From Cyanophora paradoxa CCMP329 (lineage: Eukaryota; Plantae; Glaucophyta): DNA of 64,000 bases. The notes below the pieces were generated by a model, which searched no databases, was not told the DNA's origin, and saw nothing but the letters and a program-made list of their open reading frames with translations. The stretch lies in assembly GCA_004431415.1 (NCBI GenBank), contig QPMI01000490.1, positions 1 to 64,000 of the forward strand, read 5' to 3'. A program made the position numbers and the translations under genes. Shown here in pieces: positions 34,854 through 49,800 of the stretch; the stretch's first letter is position 1; every line of letters starts with the position of its first letter.

Positions 34854-37800
34854 TCAGAAAAGTCGCTTCAGCATGCGCAGGGCGCGCTTGCGGCGACCGC
34901 CCTTATTCATGGCGGCAGCGGCGGTGGCAGCCTCCGAGCCATGGACTTGCCGCCCATAGAGGACGTTCATTCCGGCGCCAATGGCAAGGCCGCGTTGCTT
35001 GAGCCGGGTGTGTGGCACGCGAAGCACGCCGCCAATAGTCCTTGGAAGGGCGAGCCAGGGCGATATGGCCCGCTCCCAGGCTCGCTCGGGCCCCGCCAAG
35101 AGCGCAAACAGGAGCAAGCCAAGCACAACAGTGAAAAGGATCGTGGACACGCTGACCACCGCACCGAACACGAGCTGACGGAAGCGAAAAGGACGCGGCG
35201 ATCAATTTAGAGTGGCTACGACTTGGCGAGATTTACATCCACGGACCTTGTTCTCAGCCCACGAAGAGTGGCTTGAGGCGGACGGCGGACCCTCCTGACC
35301 TCGAGGTGGTGTCGCGGGCCCCTCCGTGGGACCTTCACCTGTTGATGCCGTTGATGAGTTTGCCGACGACGGGTCGCCGAGTTGAAGGGCCTGAAAGTGT
35401 AAATGAAGCAGAAAATGCTCAGATAATAAACAGCAAACGATCGCGAAGAGCGAAAGGTGCAATCGTGCAGGGCGCACGTCAACGAGGACGACCGGGGGGA
35501 AGGTTCCGCGGCGGGACTCGATCCGCAGGCTGAACGCGCGCGCCACCTGTGCCTGCGCCAGCGCCCGCCGCGCCGCGCCCACCGCCGGCATCCCTGCAGC
35601 GCCGTCGGCGGCTGCAACGGCGACGACGACAGGCGGCGGGGCGGGGCGGACGGAAGCGGATGCCCTCGGGGGCGACGTGAGCCTCGGGGGCCTCGAGGGC
35701 GGCGCCGTCGGGGGCGACGAGGACGACGCGCACAGGGTCGCCGGCGAGGGGCCCGAACGCGTCGCCCGCCGCCCCGATCGTCACCCACTCGCCCTCCTGC
35801 GCGGAGCCTCATGGCGGGCGGGGAAGGATGGGCGGGCGGGGCAGGCGCACGGGCAGGGCGGCGAGGAGAGGCCGGGACAGCACCACTTGCACGACAGCAT
35901 CGGAGGCCTTCACGCGGCGGGCGCTGACCGTCACGCCCCCGACGGTTACCCGCGACAACGACATCGCCACAGCGAAAGGCTCCTGCCGGCGGCGTTCGGA
36001 TGTCAGGACGAGAGAACTGCAGGGCTCACGAAGAGTTTAGAGGGCGAGGCGAACTGCGGACCAGCGTCGGGGCCGCGTCGATGGTGGGCGTGGGGGACGC
36101 TAGAGGCGCTGTCGGGGACGGCAGCGCAGAGGGGCTTGCAGTGGGCGACGGCGCGGCGAGAGGAGTCGCGGAGGCGGTCGGAGATGGGAGAGGCGAGGGG
36201 CAGGGCGAGGGGCTGGCGGAGGGCGTGGCCGACGGGGAGGGCGTGGGCGGGGCGGTGGGGGAGGCGCTGGGGGTGGCGGAGGCGGTGGCGGAGGCGGTGG
36301 GCGAGGGGGATGCGGAAGGTGATGGGTACGCCATTGCGGTGGGGGACGGGCTGGCGGTCGCGCTCGGGGAGGGCGAGGGGCTCGGGGAGGGCGAGGGGCT
36401 GGCGCTCGGGGTGGGCGAGGCGCTCGGCGAGGGGGTGGGCGAGGCAGAGGGCGAAGCGGAGGGGGAAGGGGTGGCGGGCGTGATGGGCTCGGGCCACGGC
36501 AGCTGCTGCCCGAGCGGGTCGCGGTTCGTCTCTGGCGCGGGGTCAGCGCCGAGGCAGAAGAGCCCGGGGAGGGTCCCGCGGACCGATCTTGAGGACCGAT
36601 AAACGGGCGGCCCCCGTCTCATCGGGGGTTGCCCCACTGGTGCCAGAGCCCGCTACATAAACGCCGCACCGGCCGCGAATCCGAGCGGCCTGCGAGAGCC
36701 TCCCTCCGTGCACGCCAGTCGCGACCGTGGAGAATGAGACTGCACTAGGTTAGGATGAATTCGAATTCGATGCGAACAACGGATGCAGACGCACCCGGCG
36801 TCTGCGCAAGGTCGGCGACGAGGATGGATGGAGAGTACGAGCGAAAATAGACTCCTCGTCTGAAGTAATAAGGACCTCTCTCCTCGCCGCGGGCGACGAA
36901 CAGCAGCGAACCGCACGTCCACGCCACTCCGTTGATGCGAGGGACGGGGCTGGTCGCGGCCTGGAGGGCATATATATGAATGTTTGGCACGCAAGACATT
37001 TGGGAAAGCAAATTCTAAATTCTGGTTTCCTATCTGAAGCCCGCACCACAGAAACTGCGATCCAGGACGTCGACGCGAGGCGTAGATCGGCGTAGTGCAA
37101 ACTATGAGCTTCATCTGTCTGCACGAGGGAAATCCATAAGATGGATACGAACGGTGCGAGGCAGAAAGAAGAAAGCCACGAGCCGCCCGGTAAAAGAAGA
37201 GCTTGTCCGAGTAGACAGCACCGTGGCCATCGGTCAAGATGAGGTTGCCTGCATGCGGCACAACGACACGCCACTTGGCAATCGAGGCGGGGGCGTCGTG
37301 ATTGTACGAGCTGTCGCGATTCATTAGATATCTTAAAAGCTCAATGAACGGAATCTGAAACGTTTACGTACATTAGCGATTCTGTGGCAGTCCAAGCCCC
37401 ATTTGTGTCCAGAAACTTCCCGCCGGCTGCAAAGAACTGCGTCCCAACAGCACGGATCTCGATGCAAAGCGAGATCAAAGCGCTTCAGTACAAAATCAAG
37501 TGCACCTTGCCGCTATAGCTGACAGAGACAGACAGGATGCGAGCTCGCAGCCGTGCATCGGGCGTCGACCGATCGCTGTTTGCATTCGCGCTGCAGCGGG
37601 AGCCACCATCTGCCGCGGCGGGTGGTTATGGAAGCACGCAGTGCAAGTAGCGCAAGCGATTGTGCTAGCACAAAAGCGGATATAATCAAAAGCTTTCGCG
37701 AACCCCAGAAGTAGTATCTGCAAAGAGGGACTGAGCGTTAGCACTGTCCAGCTGCAAGAGTACATGAGAAAGTTTGAGCAAGTAAACGCTTCGCACTTAG

Positions 37801-40800
37801 AGCCGTCGTCGCCGGCGTGTGCAACGAAGAACCTCAGAGAATTGCGCATGCTGCTCCCGACGTCATCAAAGATGCGCTCGTGCGCGCTGCGGCCGATGTC
37901 GCATTCCGGATCCGTGGTCTTGATCACGCTCCATACGCCGGTCGAGAGGTGAAAGGCTGCCAGGCGGCCGCGCTCAGAGTCTACCCTGAGCCATGGCCAG
38001 TAGCTCGCATTTGTCATCACAGGACCGACTTGCATCACCGCAGTGAGACGCACAAAAGGACTGCATTTGAATTAAAAAGGTGCACCTGAGAGAAGAAATT
38101 CGCCTTGTTCCTCCAGGACCTGGCCACCCGAGATCCAGCCAGATGCCATTGATCCCGGCTGGTATCCCTCAATAACAGATACGTTTACTTGCAAAGGGAG
38201 CAATGCCGGCACTGGCGAGGGCGTTGGTGTCATGGTAATCGTGAGAACTCCTGTACGAAACCTCTCGGAAAACGTGCTTAGCGACTGCCCCGCTGCATTC
38301 CAGACACTCGCCGCGCATATATAGAACGAATCACTTTCAAGGTTCTTCGCTGTGAGCGTCGCCGAAGCGGAGCCCTCGGGAACATAGACCACCGCGGCCC
38401 ACGTCTCCTCCCCTCCGCCAGCCGGAGCGCACGTGGCAAAGACACGCGTGATCGGTGCCCCTCCATCGTCAGCAAAGACAGTGGAAAGCACGGCCGACCG
38501 TGCATTGACCGACGCAACGTCAACAGATGCAGGGGCATCAGGGGGCTGCATCGTTGTGAATGAAGGCGACGTGGAGCTCGTTGATGTGCCGACAGCGTTC
38601 GATGCGTTGGCGGCGCACACGTACGTGACGTTCGGCTGCAGACCGACGACTGATAAAGCGAGCCGGTCTTCAGACTCTGAAACCCCGGCACTGGGACGAA
38701 CTTGCATGCAGTCCTCCCACGCCACCTCGCGAGTCGCCTCCACCTCGCAGACGGCGCACACCCGCGTGACTGCGCTGCCTCCGCTGAAGCCCAACTGAAC
38801 GCTCAGGCTCGCGTTCCGGTTGCTTATCCCGCTGGACGCAGAAACGGAAATCGGAGGTGAGGGAGCTTCGGCTGCAGTAAAGAGGGATGCCGTGCCGCTC
38901 AAAGAAAATCCTGCAGAGTTCTTCGCCCGGGAAGAGCAAATGTAGCTTGTGTTAGGCAAGAGACCGGAAGCAGTAAAAGAGATCTCAGAAATCGGAGCAG
39001 TCAGCGGCTGATGATGAACCCAGATGGCAGATGAATTGGAAGGACTCGCTATCGGCTCGCATCGAAGCAGAAGGAGAGAAACTGATTCGCCACCGTCGTA
39101 CGCCAGCGAGACGGTCAGACTCGCACCACGGGCAGATACGAAAGCTACTGTCACAACAGGCGCGGCGGGTGCCTCGTGAGTCGTTGTGAATGACACCACC
39201 GAAGACATCGGTGATGTGCCGAGTGCGTTGCTTATATTTGCGTGGCATTCGTACGCTGTGCGCGGCTCCAGCCCATGCACGGTCAGCACCGTCACATTCG
39301 TCCTTGGGCTAGAAGATGCCGCCCCTGTCCACTCGATGCTGCCGGCAGCCGCACCGGCTCTCCAGCAGGTCCCCGCAGCGCTTACAATTGACGATCCGCC
39401 ATCGAATGTGGTTTCTACGGCGAGAGTTGCGTTCCTCGCCCCGAGGCCAGAGAGAATCGCGCCCCAAGGGGGTATCGTGGCTGCTCGAATCGGTTTTTCG
39501 GTGAATTGCGGTGAATTGCCGATTGCGGTTTAAGTTGAATGAGCGCTAGTGCAGCATCAGCTCACCGGATGCTCTCAATCCCCAAGGAGAGATTCGTACT
39601 GGGTTGTAGTACTGGACCCCGCTCACGTCATATTTGTATGCTATTTCATATCCAGAGTCTCCCCCCGCTGCAAGTAACTCGCACGTAATCGGATCACCGC
39701 CATATGCCAGCGTCCGCAGGCCAAAGCCTGGCCCCGAAAAGGGGACAGTCGCTCCCGTTGCCACAACCGAGGCATCTGAATATTAATATTTGCAGTCGAA
39801 TGCAGTCGATGTGAATCCCATGAATCAACCGTATATATGTAACAAAGAGGGGGCCGACCTTGAGGGTCGACAATGTAGGGCCGCAGCTCGTAGTATGACG
39901 AATCATCGTGCAAGCGGGTACGTGTACCGATTGCCAATATTAGAAGAAGATTTCCGCAACCAATCAAAGGGCGTCCAAAGCCGAAATAAGTGTGGCCATA
40001 GCCCGCGATTTGCTCAGCAATGCTGCCAACCAAGCGGAAAACCTTCTGGCCTTCCTGAGCCAGGTCGACCTCGCTGTGCTTTTTATCAGTTGCGTGCATC
40101 TCACCGCATGCACATCACACCCGCTCACTATAGATTTGCTGGATTATTGTTTGTCCATTCTCCGCCGTTTATATACCACTTGTTGTTCAGGCGGGCGCAG
40201 CTCGGGCCTCTCCAACCGGGGCGGGCATAGTAGAAATTGGGAGGTGGCGTGATTTCCTCAATCCACTCAGGGTCTCCGCCGATTTCCCATCTGCAATAGC
40301 AGGTAACGGATCCCACATCCGCATGGGCAACGGCTGTGCGCACCGGATTAGGTCCCCGCTGAGTTGAGAGCCTTGGCCCAGAACGTAAACTTCGCCTGCA
40401 GTAACCCAGACGCTTCCATTCCACACAGTCATGCAATGATATTGGCGTGGGAGGGGCATTGCAGGAAGATCCGTCCGGTTGTCAAGCGTGGTTGGGAATT
40501 TCCACAGGCGCCTCGACATAAACTGCGGGCAGTACCCGCTCGCCTCGATCGGATACAAGTCGCAGCCGAAGCCGCCTGGGAGACGTTGCAAAGGTGAGCT
40601 CGCGTGCGTACAAAACTGGAGCAAGAGCTCACGTGCCTGAACAGAAGATGCTACCGTTCGGATTTTCATCCCACGCGCATGCAGAGCTGTGTCCTCGGAA
40701 GGGCATAACCACTGGCGCGGTCCACCAAGAGTTCACATCTGCACATGGCTTGAGCACAAGTGCAAATCACTGCATTCCGCCAATTTGAAATCACACAAAC

Positions 40801-43800
40801 CGGGATCGAACACGACAACCTCATCACTGAACTCTTCCACCCAGGGACGAATCAAGCCTCCAACAAGCACAAGTTTCAAGCCGCCGCGACCTGTTCTGAA
40901 TGCAGTTCCGCCATGCCAACCAGGCCAGCTCCAACTGCCGTCTGCCCGTCTCCATGGAGCTGGATTTTCGGAAGTGCTGGGACCATTTCGATATCCGTCG
41001 ACCTGAATCGACAGAAACTCTGTGAACAATGAGATTAGTTATCTAACCATTAGAAAGCGAAATGCAACTCGGGTTCAATGCAACGCACGTGTGCGATTGA
41101 TGGTAGGCACATATGCGGAAATGCGAGCCATTGGTGGCGATGGCAGCTCGCGGGCAATGAAGGGGGTGGAGGAGGCGATCGGACTCTCGCCCACCACGTT
41201 GGCGACACGTGCTCTGCAGACGTACTCGAAGCTGGGAGTAAGGCCAGTGACATTGAAGATGACCGAGGGCGATCCTGGGGCTACGAGCGCCCGCGCTGTC
41301 CACACAGATGTGCTTCCTGATCTCTGTGCACAGGTGGCGGTCGCATTCTCAATCCACGCACCTCCATTGTAGCCTACCCAGGCCTCCACAACAGCGGCGC
41401 GCGAAGAGATGCTGCTGACGATTACGGAAGCCGGCGCTCCGGGGAGCTCAGGAGGCGTGATGAATGGCGTTGATATAACATTATCAGATGTGCCAAGGAC
41501 GTTGCTTGCATTTGCCATGCAGATGTATGTGGCATTTGGGACTACATTGGTGATTTTGAAAGTGGTGAATGCCGGGCTGGAGGGGCTGAAAGGGAACACG
41601 TTCGATCCGCCCCATGCAACCACTCCGGGCGAGCCGACAGGCGAGCAACTTGCTTCTGATCTCAGCAGGGGTGACCCTCCATCGAATGTCAGATTGATGT
41701 TGAGTGTTGCACCCCTGGAAACAATGCCGACAACCTCAACTCGCGACGGGACAGTGGGCGGCTCGGCCAGCGTGCTGAACACGGCCACAGGTGAAGCACT
41801 GAGCAACGACGCGCCCGCAACGGAAGCCAGTGAGACTCGGCAACGGTACGCTGTCACGGGATCTAGCCCGCCGACGCTAATGAGACCAGGACCGCTGAAC
41901 CCAGGATCGAAGGTAGCGTTTCCGAAGGCCTTCATTTCTCCTCCTGCGACTAAGAAGCAGCTTGCGAACGCGGAGACGATCCACGAACCTCCATTGTAAC
42001 TAAACGAGGCTGACAGAAGGACACGCCGAGCGAGAACGAGGCTGACGTCTATGGCAAGTGGCGGAAAAGGCGGCTCGGAAATGGTAATGAACGTTTTGGA
42101 AGCAGTCCTTGCACTCGAGCCCGCGCTGTTTTCAGCCTCGGCCGTGCACACGTAGCTTGTGTTCGGCTGCAGCCCTGCTACAGTTATGTTTGCTCCGCTC
42201 GCCCCCGCTCCCTCCGTCACCAGCGGGACCAGCGCCAACGCTGACACCGGGGCCCCGCCGTGCAATGGATCCGGATTGCAGTGGGCCGAGACGCGCTGAA
42301 CCCACGCGCCCCCGTTGTAGCCAAGCAGCAGCTCCAACAGCACACTCCGCGCGAGAATGACGGAGGCGTTGACGGAGAGCGGGGCGGCGGGCGGCTCGGG
42401 GATGGTTGTGATGGGCAAGGACGCCGTGGCGGGCGAGGGGCCGATGGCGTTCGTGACGAAGGCCGAGCACGTATAGGTGGTGTTGGGAAGTATAGGGGCG
42501 ATAGACACGGAAATCGAATCGGCCCCAGGTGCAACAAAGGAAACATCGCTGCAAAGGTTGAGCGGGCTCGAGCCCCCTGAAGCCTTGCAGCAGGTGGTTG
42601 CGTTCTCAATAAACGCTCCACCATTGTAGCCAAGATGAATGTTGAGCGTCGCATTTCGAGAGCACACAATGTGTGCAGCCAGCATGCGTGGAGCAGCTGG
42701 AGCCTCTGCCGGCGTCGTAAAAGGCTCGATAGGGGTACGCTTGGATGCACCGTATGCATTTACAAGCCAAGCGTTGCAAGAGTAGGTTGTGTTGGGAGCC
42801 AGCGCAGTCAAGCGAACGAAGCCGTGGAATACGTCTACGTAGTCGACGTGGGTTTGGGTTTCGAAGGACCTTGGCAGGCTGCCATTTTCTCCGGTACACG
42901 AAATGACGGCGCTTAGAATCGGGGCGCCCCCGTCGAAGCCTGAAACAACAGACGCGTTTGCGGAGCGGGCTGCATGAACGATAATCGTTGCGACAACCGG
43001 GACGTCGGGCGGCTGAGCTGCAAGAAAAGGAACAGAAATGCCTGGTTCTGACGTCCCAAGTCGATTCGTCACGTTTGAGACGCAGGTGTAAACGAAACCT
43101 GGCTGCAAGTTGCTAACGAAAAACTTCACTATAGTCTCGGCCTGCCTGATCTCTTGATCAAAGAGCTGAGAGCCGCTCCAAACAGTTGATTCGGTTCCGT
43201 TTCGGAGACAGCTTGCCGACACGCCTGACAGCCACGAGCCGCCATTTGAACCGAGCACCACATCGAGAGCAGCTGAGAAAGCAGTGATATTGCGTAGGTT
43301 CAAAGCCACAGGGGCGGAAGGAGCCTCCGCAAGTGTGATAAAGCTTATGGCAGAAGTACCCGTGCCCAAGCCCGCGCTGTTTTCAGCCTCGGCCGAGCAC
43401 ACGTAGCTTGTGTTCGGCTGCAGCCCTGCTACAGTTATGTTTGCTCCGCTCGCCCCCGCTCCCTCCGTCACCAGCGGGACCAGCGCCAACGCTGACACCG
43501 GGGCCCCGCCGTGCAATGGATCCGGATTGCAGTGGGCCGAGACGCGCTGAACCCACGCGCCCCCGTTGTAGCCAAGCAGCAGCTCCAACAGCACACTCCG
43601 CGCGAGAATGACGGAGGCGTTGACGGAGAGCGGGGCGGCGGGCGGCTCGGGGATGGTTGTGATGGGCAAGGACGCCGTGGCGGGCGAGGGGCCGATGGCG
43701 TTCGTGACGAAGGCCGAGCACGTGTATGTTGCGTTTGGAACGAGGCCGGGCACTTGAAAGGTAGCCCGGTCATCACCAGGAGACATTACGTTGGAGCCAT

Positions 43801-46800
43801 TCCATACAGCAAAGCCAATTTCAAAAGCCATACACTCCAGCGAAGCCGTTGTAATGAAGGATCCTCCATTATACCCAAAGCCTACTTCGATGACCATGTT
43901 TCGAGCCTCAATTTCGGCGGGTATCACAAAGATTGGAGCGAAGGGGGCAGTGATCATCGTGAGAAACGGCGCTGATATTGTGTTGTTGGAGACACCAACT
44001 GCATTCGAGACGTTCCCCCAGCAAACATAAGTTGTATTCAGTCGGAGCCCGTTAACGATAAGGTTCACGCCAACAGCATCAACAGGAACCGAGATAGAGC
44101 CGCTCCAAAGTAGCGACCCAGCTGGAGAGTCTTCGGAGACTGAGTCGTCCATGTTACTGGACGAGCTGCGCATACCTGCTAGTGTGCAATTCAGAGTTGT
44201 GCTGTAATCAGTTGCAGTGCAATTGCTCGATCCACCAATTAAGGCGGCGGGGTTGGTGCTATTGCCCGCATCGGCCCTGCCCCCCGGGTCTCCGGGTGCG
44301 GTGGTGTTGTTGCCGGCGTCGGCCCCGCCGCCCGCGTCTCCCGGTGCAGTGCTGTTGCCGGCGTCAGCTGCAGCCCCTCCGTCCGTGTCTCTAGGTGCGG
44401 TGCTGTTGCCCGCGTCGGCCCCACCGCCTGGGTCTCCCGGTGCAGTGCTGTTGCCCGCGTCGGCCCCACCGCCTGGGTCTCCCGGTGCAGTGCTGTTGCC
44501 TGCGTCGGCCCCACCGCCCGCGTCTCCCGGTGCGGTGCTGTTGCCGGTGCTGTTGCCCGCGTCGGCCCCACCGCCCGCGTCTCCCGGTGCAGTCCTGTTG
44601 CCGGTGTCAGCCCCGCCGTCCGCGTCTCCAGGTGCGGTGCTGTTGCCCGCGTCGGCCCCACCGCCTGGGTCTCCCGGTGCAGTGCTGTTGCCCGCGTCGG
44701 CCCCACCGCCCGCGTCTCCCGGTGCAGTGCTGTTGCCTGCGTCGGCCCCACCGCCCGCGTCTCCCGGTGCAGTGCTGTTGCCGGCATTGGTCCCGCTGCC
44801 CGCGTCTTCGGGTGCGGTGCTGTTGCCGGCGTCGGCCCCGCTGCCCGCGTCTCCCGGTGCAGTGCTGTTGCCGGCGTCGGCCCCGCTGCCCGAGTCTCCG
44901 GGTGCGGTGCTGTTGCCCACGTCGGCCCCACCGACCGGGTCTCCGGTCGGAAACAACAAAGATTCGGCAAGGCAGGTTGCGGAAGCCGTGGTGATTGCGG
45001 ATCCCCCGTTTAGTCCGAAAGATACACGGAGGGTTACGCCGCCATCAAGAGTGGTCTCGCCAGCAACAATGCGAAGCGGTGGAGCAGGAGCCTCCGACAA
45101 TGTTACAAAAGGAGCAGACAAGGTTGGAAACGAAACTCCCGCAGAATTAGTGGCGTTGGCACGGCAAATGTAAGACGTGTTCGGCTGCAGGCCCACCACA
45201 TCGAAAGTGAGTCCGGTCGCAGATGGAGCCACAATGTGGACACCCGTCCAGGCTGCAGTCCCTCCCATTTCAGCGAAGCAGCTTGCCGCTGCGCTGATTA
45301 TTGGGTCGCCACCATCCTGCCCAAAAAGCACGACAAGTGCCGCAGTGCGGGCGAAGATGCTAGCCGGGTCTACTCGGACGACCGTGGGGGCTTCGGGGAC
45401 GCCCCGCAACGTAACAAACGGTTTTGACGCTGCTGGTGGAGAAGCGCCGAGGGCGTTGACAAGGCGCGTGTAGCAGGAGTAGGTCGTGGTTGGAAGGAGG
45501 GTATTCAGCATGATGCTGTGCCCTGAGGCGCCTTCCGGCACTGCAAAGCTTGTCCAGTTCAGATGCTGTCCTGGACCCTCAGCACTGAGCGAAGCATTCA
45601 TAGCACAAGTGACTTCAGCGTGCGTTATTGGTGGGCCACCCGTCGCGCCGAATACAATTGAGATCGTTGCGCCGTAGCCCGTTATAGCGCTGATAAAGAC
45701 GGAAGGCCGCGCAGGTGGGCTTGAAAGTGTCGTGAACGTCACCGAAGGGGAGCTACTCGACGAGCCGCCAAGGTTCCGCAAGATGGCCGTGCATGTGTAC
45801 GTGGTCGCTGCCTGGAGCCCGGAGACGGCAGCTGAGGCGGACCGTGCGGGACCGCTCGCCCACGCGATGTCAGTGAAGTCCCGCTGGCCGTCGGAGCTTC
45901 TGCAGGTGATTTGGGCCATCCAGATCCAATCAACCGAGACACGTGGGAATGTCACAGTGATGAGTGCTCCTCCGGCCGAGATGTTTTGGACGGCAACCGC
46001 AACCGGAGGGTCAGGAGGGACGGCGGACATTGATGCAGCGTCCAGAGCACTCCCAAAAATGTCGCGGTCAATTTCTGTGATGCAAATCGGGTTTTTCACG
46101 ATTTCAAATTCTTTGCTTAATTTGCGCATGGCGCGCATGCACAGCTGCAGCTCACCAATGGAGACGACGGAATTCGATATTGCACCAGTGCTGGTGCGCA
46201 GTCCGGCCAGGTACACTCCTGTGATGGCGGCGCGAGTCGCTCAACTCTTGATGCCCGTGTACGTGACCAAAGTCACAATCATTGATCGCACCGCATTTTC
46301 CAGCAGGTCCCATGCTTGCAGCCTGCAGCTGACTGCTGCCTCCCGAAAGTCCCACGGCCGTGACGACGCTACTCGAAATGTTGCGGAATTGCACTTTATA
46401 GAAAAAGAAACTCAGCGAATCTGAGAGCGCAAAAGCCGCGCAGAATGTGAACACCGCACCCGTGATGGCGGCGTTATCCATGCCTCCAACGCTCCACAGG
46501 TCCGCGACGACGACGCCGGAGCGCTCACCCAAGTCTTGCGCCGTCCCGTGCGCCATGAAGAAAAGCGGGCCGCACGCCCATGCGACACCATTGAACAGCC
46601 CGCTCACGCCGCTCTGACAAAAGCAAATCTCAAAGAGGACGCGAACAACGTCTCGTTGAAGAGCTGACCTGAGCGACTAATACCCATTCGGGACGGGATG
46701 AAGCTATGTCTGCATAGAAGAGCTGGTCCGAAACTTGTCCACGTGAATCCAGGCCTCCGTAGTAGAACAGTTTGCCATCTGCGCGAAGCTCGATCAGCTT

Positions 46801-49800
46801 GGCCCCGCCCTAGCGACTTGAACATGGGCTCCGATCGCACCGAACGCAGCTCCTTGTGCTCTGCAGGTCGGACGCTGTTGCAGACCACTCACAGCTTCGT
46901 GCGCAATTACGACCGCCCAGGTACCGTCGGCCCCAGCCCCTCCGGGTTTGTAAGACCTGCGGCACAAGCCGCTTTAGAGGGCGGCTTCTGCAGAACAGCT
47001 CGCTTGTTCGACGCACAGGACAGAAGCAGTAAAGGAGGTTGCGCCCGTGAGCGCCAGCCGCAGACCGCCTGCGACGTAGTACGTTCCGCCATAGACGACA
47101 TCGACGGGACTGATGCGCGCCCTCGCCGTCCGCTCAGACACGGTGCCTGTATTAACGTCCAAGCAGCTCGTTGCTCCATTCCACTCCCAGTATCTGAAGC
47201 CACGATGCTTATAAGCTGAGCTTAATAAATACGAACTTCAAGTTGAAGTAAATTTTCTGCACCGCGCGTTGGTTACAGGCACTACTATCCCGGCAGCACT
47301 GAATGGACCGCCGGAATGGGCGACGAAGAAGCGCTGCCTGCCAAAGTTGGCGAAAACACTAGGAGTCCGGTCCTCAAACCCAGAGAGAAAATCGCAGGAC
47401 GAGTTGGTGAGGTTCACATGGCGCCTCCAGGCCAGGCTCGTCAGGTTAAACGAAAATGTGGAGTTCCCTGTGCCAACCGAGGCGCTTCCGACTGCGAAAA
47501 CCAAAGAAACGCGTATACGCAGTCATAAACCTTCTACAGACCATATTCTAAATGCACGAACTCGAGATGAGCGATCCGGGATCCGGAGCAGACGAGCTGA
47601 AAGTTTGGAGCACGGCACCAAGGCCGGTTGACAGTTCGAGGACCCGAGGGGCCGACGAGCTGTCAAGTCGCGAGATGTTCACGTTAACAGGGTCCAAACT
47701 CGGCGGAGGTGCGCTTGTAAAAATCGTCAGAGACGTCGACGGTAGGGACGTGCCGTATTCATTCGTAAGGGAGGCGAAGCACGAATACATGCTAAGTGGT
47801 GAGAATCCGGTTTCCTTGACCTCGAAGAGAATTTCTGTAGCCGGCTGCCAGAGTGAACCACCGACGGGAACCTTCTTCTCTGTCCATACAGGGGAGGAGC
47901 CGCCGATACGGAAGCAACCTGCAGACGCGCTGGAAACCGGAGCATCGCCAGCAGACGCGATAGTGAGTCCCAGCACGGCACTGCGAGAGGCGACGGAGCG
48001 GGCAGCGAGAAGCGGGGGCGCAGGCAGCGCGAAGGCTGAAGTAGTGAAGCTCAGAGCAGATGAGGCGCTCGAGCCTGCAGCGTTGACCGCCAGGGCGCTG
48101 CAAGAGTAGCTACTATTGGGAAGTAGCTCTGCAATGTCGAATCGCAGCGCGCCGCTGCCCACGTACGAAGTGGCGAACGGTCCGCGGGGGACGGCCTGCA
48201 TCGTTGACCAAAACGGACTGATCTGCTCCGAACGCAAGCACATGACTGACACTGTGTCGATAAACGTGGCATCCGTTCGCTGGTACGCGACTGTCAATGT
48301 TGCAGTCGTGCCGGTGACATCTGACGCAGACAGGACCACCGGAGACGGCGGAGCTATGCCAACAAATGCATTCCCTGTGTCGCGCATGTAAGTCTTGGAA
48401 CATATGGAGTGCCGCCCGCGTTTCGCACCGGAAATTCGGATCACGCCTGTCAAGTCAAATGGGTTGTACTTGCTTTCCGTCGAGCCCAGCGCCGCCAGAG
48501 TTGTGCAGGAGGCGGAGTCGGAGCCGTAAGCGGGATAGAAGAGGCTCCACGGTGAGCTACTCGGCGATCTTGCATTCGTGGCGTTCATCAACAGCTCGCC
48601 GCCTTCGCAAACAAAGTCAATGCGCTGATCATGAGCTACCTTAGAAGATTTGCGAGGTGTAGAGATGACTTACTTCCTGCAGATACAAGAACCGGCGGGA
48701 ATGCGCGCGCGCCATAGAGAAGAGCGCCGCCGCAGGTGCCGAGAAAATGCGTCTGATCCGTGGCGAGCGGCGCCGCCGCCGTCACTAGACGGAAGGCGCG
48801 CGGTCGCAACCGGCTGTCCGACAGGTCCACCTCGCTGCAGCGCAAATCAAACACTCTCTGGAGCTAGGCAAAGGGGCTAAGTTTCTGTACGCACTAGATC
48901 GTGGAAGCGAGCACGAGCGAGGACGTGACTCCCGAGTAGATGTACCAGCGGCTCGAAAGGCGGGCGCACAATGCGCCGGTCAGACCTGGGAATATACTCG
49001 CGCCATGCTCGATTTCCGTCACCCACCCCGAGCTCGGCGACCAACTGCGTGCGTGAACCGGCGGCTCAATTGGATTGAGAATACTAAGTATTCGCAAAAT
49101 TATGATTAGCTGCTTTACCGCAGAAGGTCGGCGTAAAAGCGACCAGCAGAACAGCCGCCTGTGACCTGTGTTCGTGCAAAGAAGAGGAAGTATGAGGAGA
49201 GTCTCTAAACGAGATAGACCTCCCTGCGCAGCCCTCTATATATGTAAACGTGCGCACCCAGACGCTCGAGTTGAACACGGTCAGACCTGCTCCCTTATTA
49301 GACTCTAGTCGCAAGAGAGGGCCGCCGAGGCTCGATGGCTCACAATGCCCCAAGCGCGGTGCTGGCATGAGAGCCCGGTCGACGCGGCTGTTCACAGCAA
49401 ACGAGACTGGAAAGCTCCAGAACTCTCTGCGTCCCTTCGAAACGCACTTTTGGCCCAGACTTGATACGATATAGTCATTACCCCCCGCGCAGTACACGAG
49501 CCCGCTGCTGCTCCTGTCCCAGTCACATGCGCTCTGAGAGGCGTAGATGGGATTGGTCGCTCCAGCTGTGCTCCATGTGTTTGTGTCTAGCAAAGAGCGT
49601 ATTTAGAGGGCATTGACGCTGACAAGCGATGGCTTTCAAAGGCAATTACCAGAGTTGAGTAGAAGGATTGTGTTAGTGTGCGCAGTTGGCGCTCCAACTG
49701 CAGCAACGTATCCACCGATCAAAGCCAGCTGCAACCCGCTGGATCCACTCAGGAAAGCGACACCCGCGCTTGCCGAGCGTCCTGTATTCGCCGGTGCAGC

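Noticed and set aside
35677-36602. Plus-strand ORFs (268 and 200 aa, GEGEG-rich)
   Set aside because: Antisense shadows of the minus-strand Pro/Ser/Thr stalk.
44217-45173. Plus-strand repeat ORFs (PGAVLLPASAPP and Cys-rich frames)
   Set aside because: Antisense readings of the 39-bp coding minisatellite.
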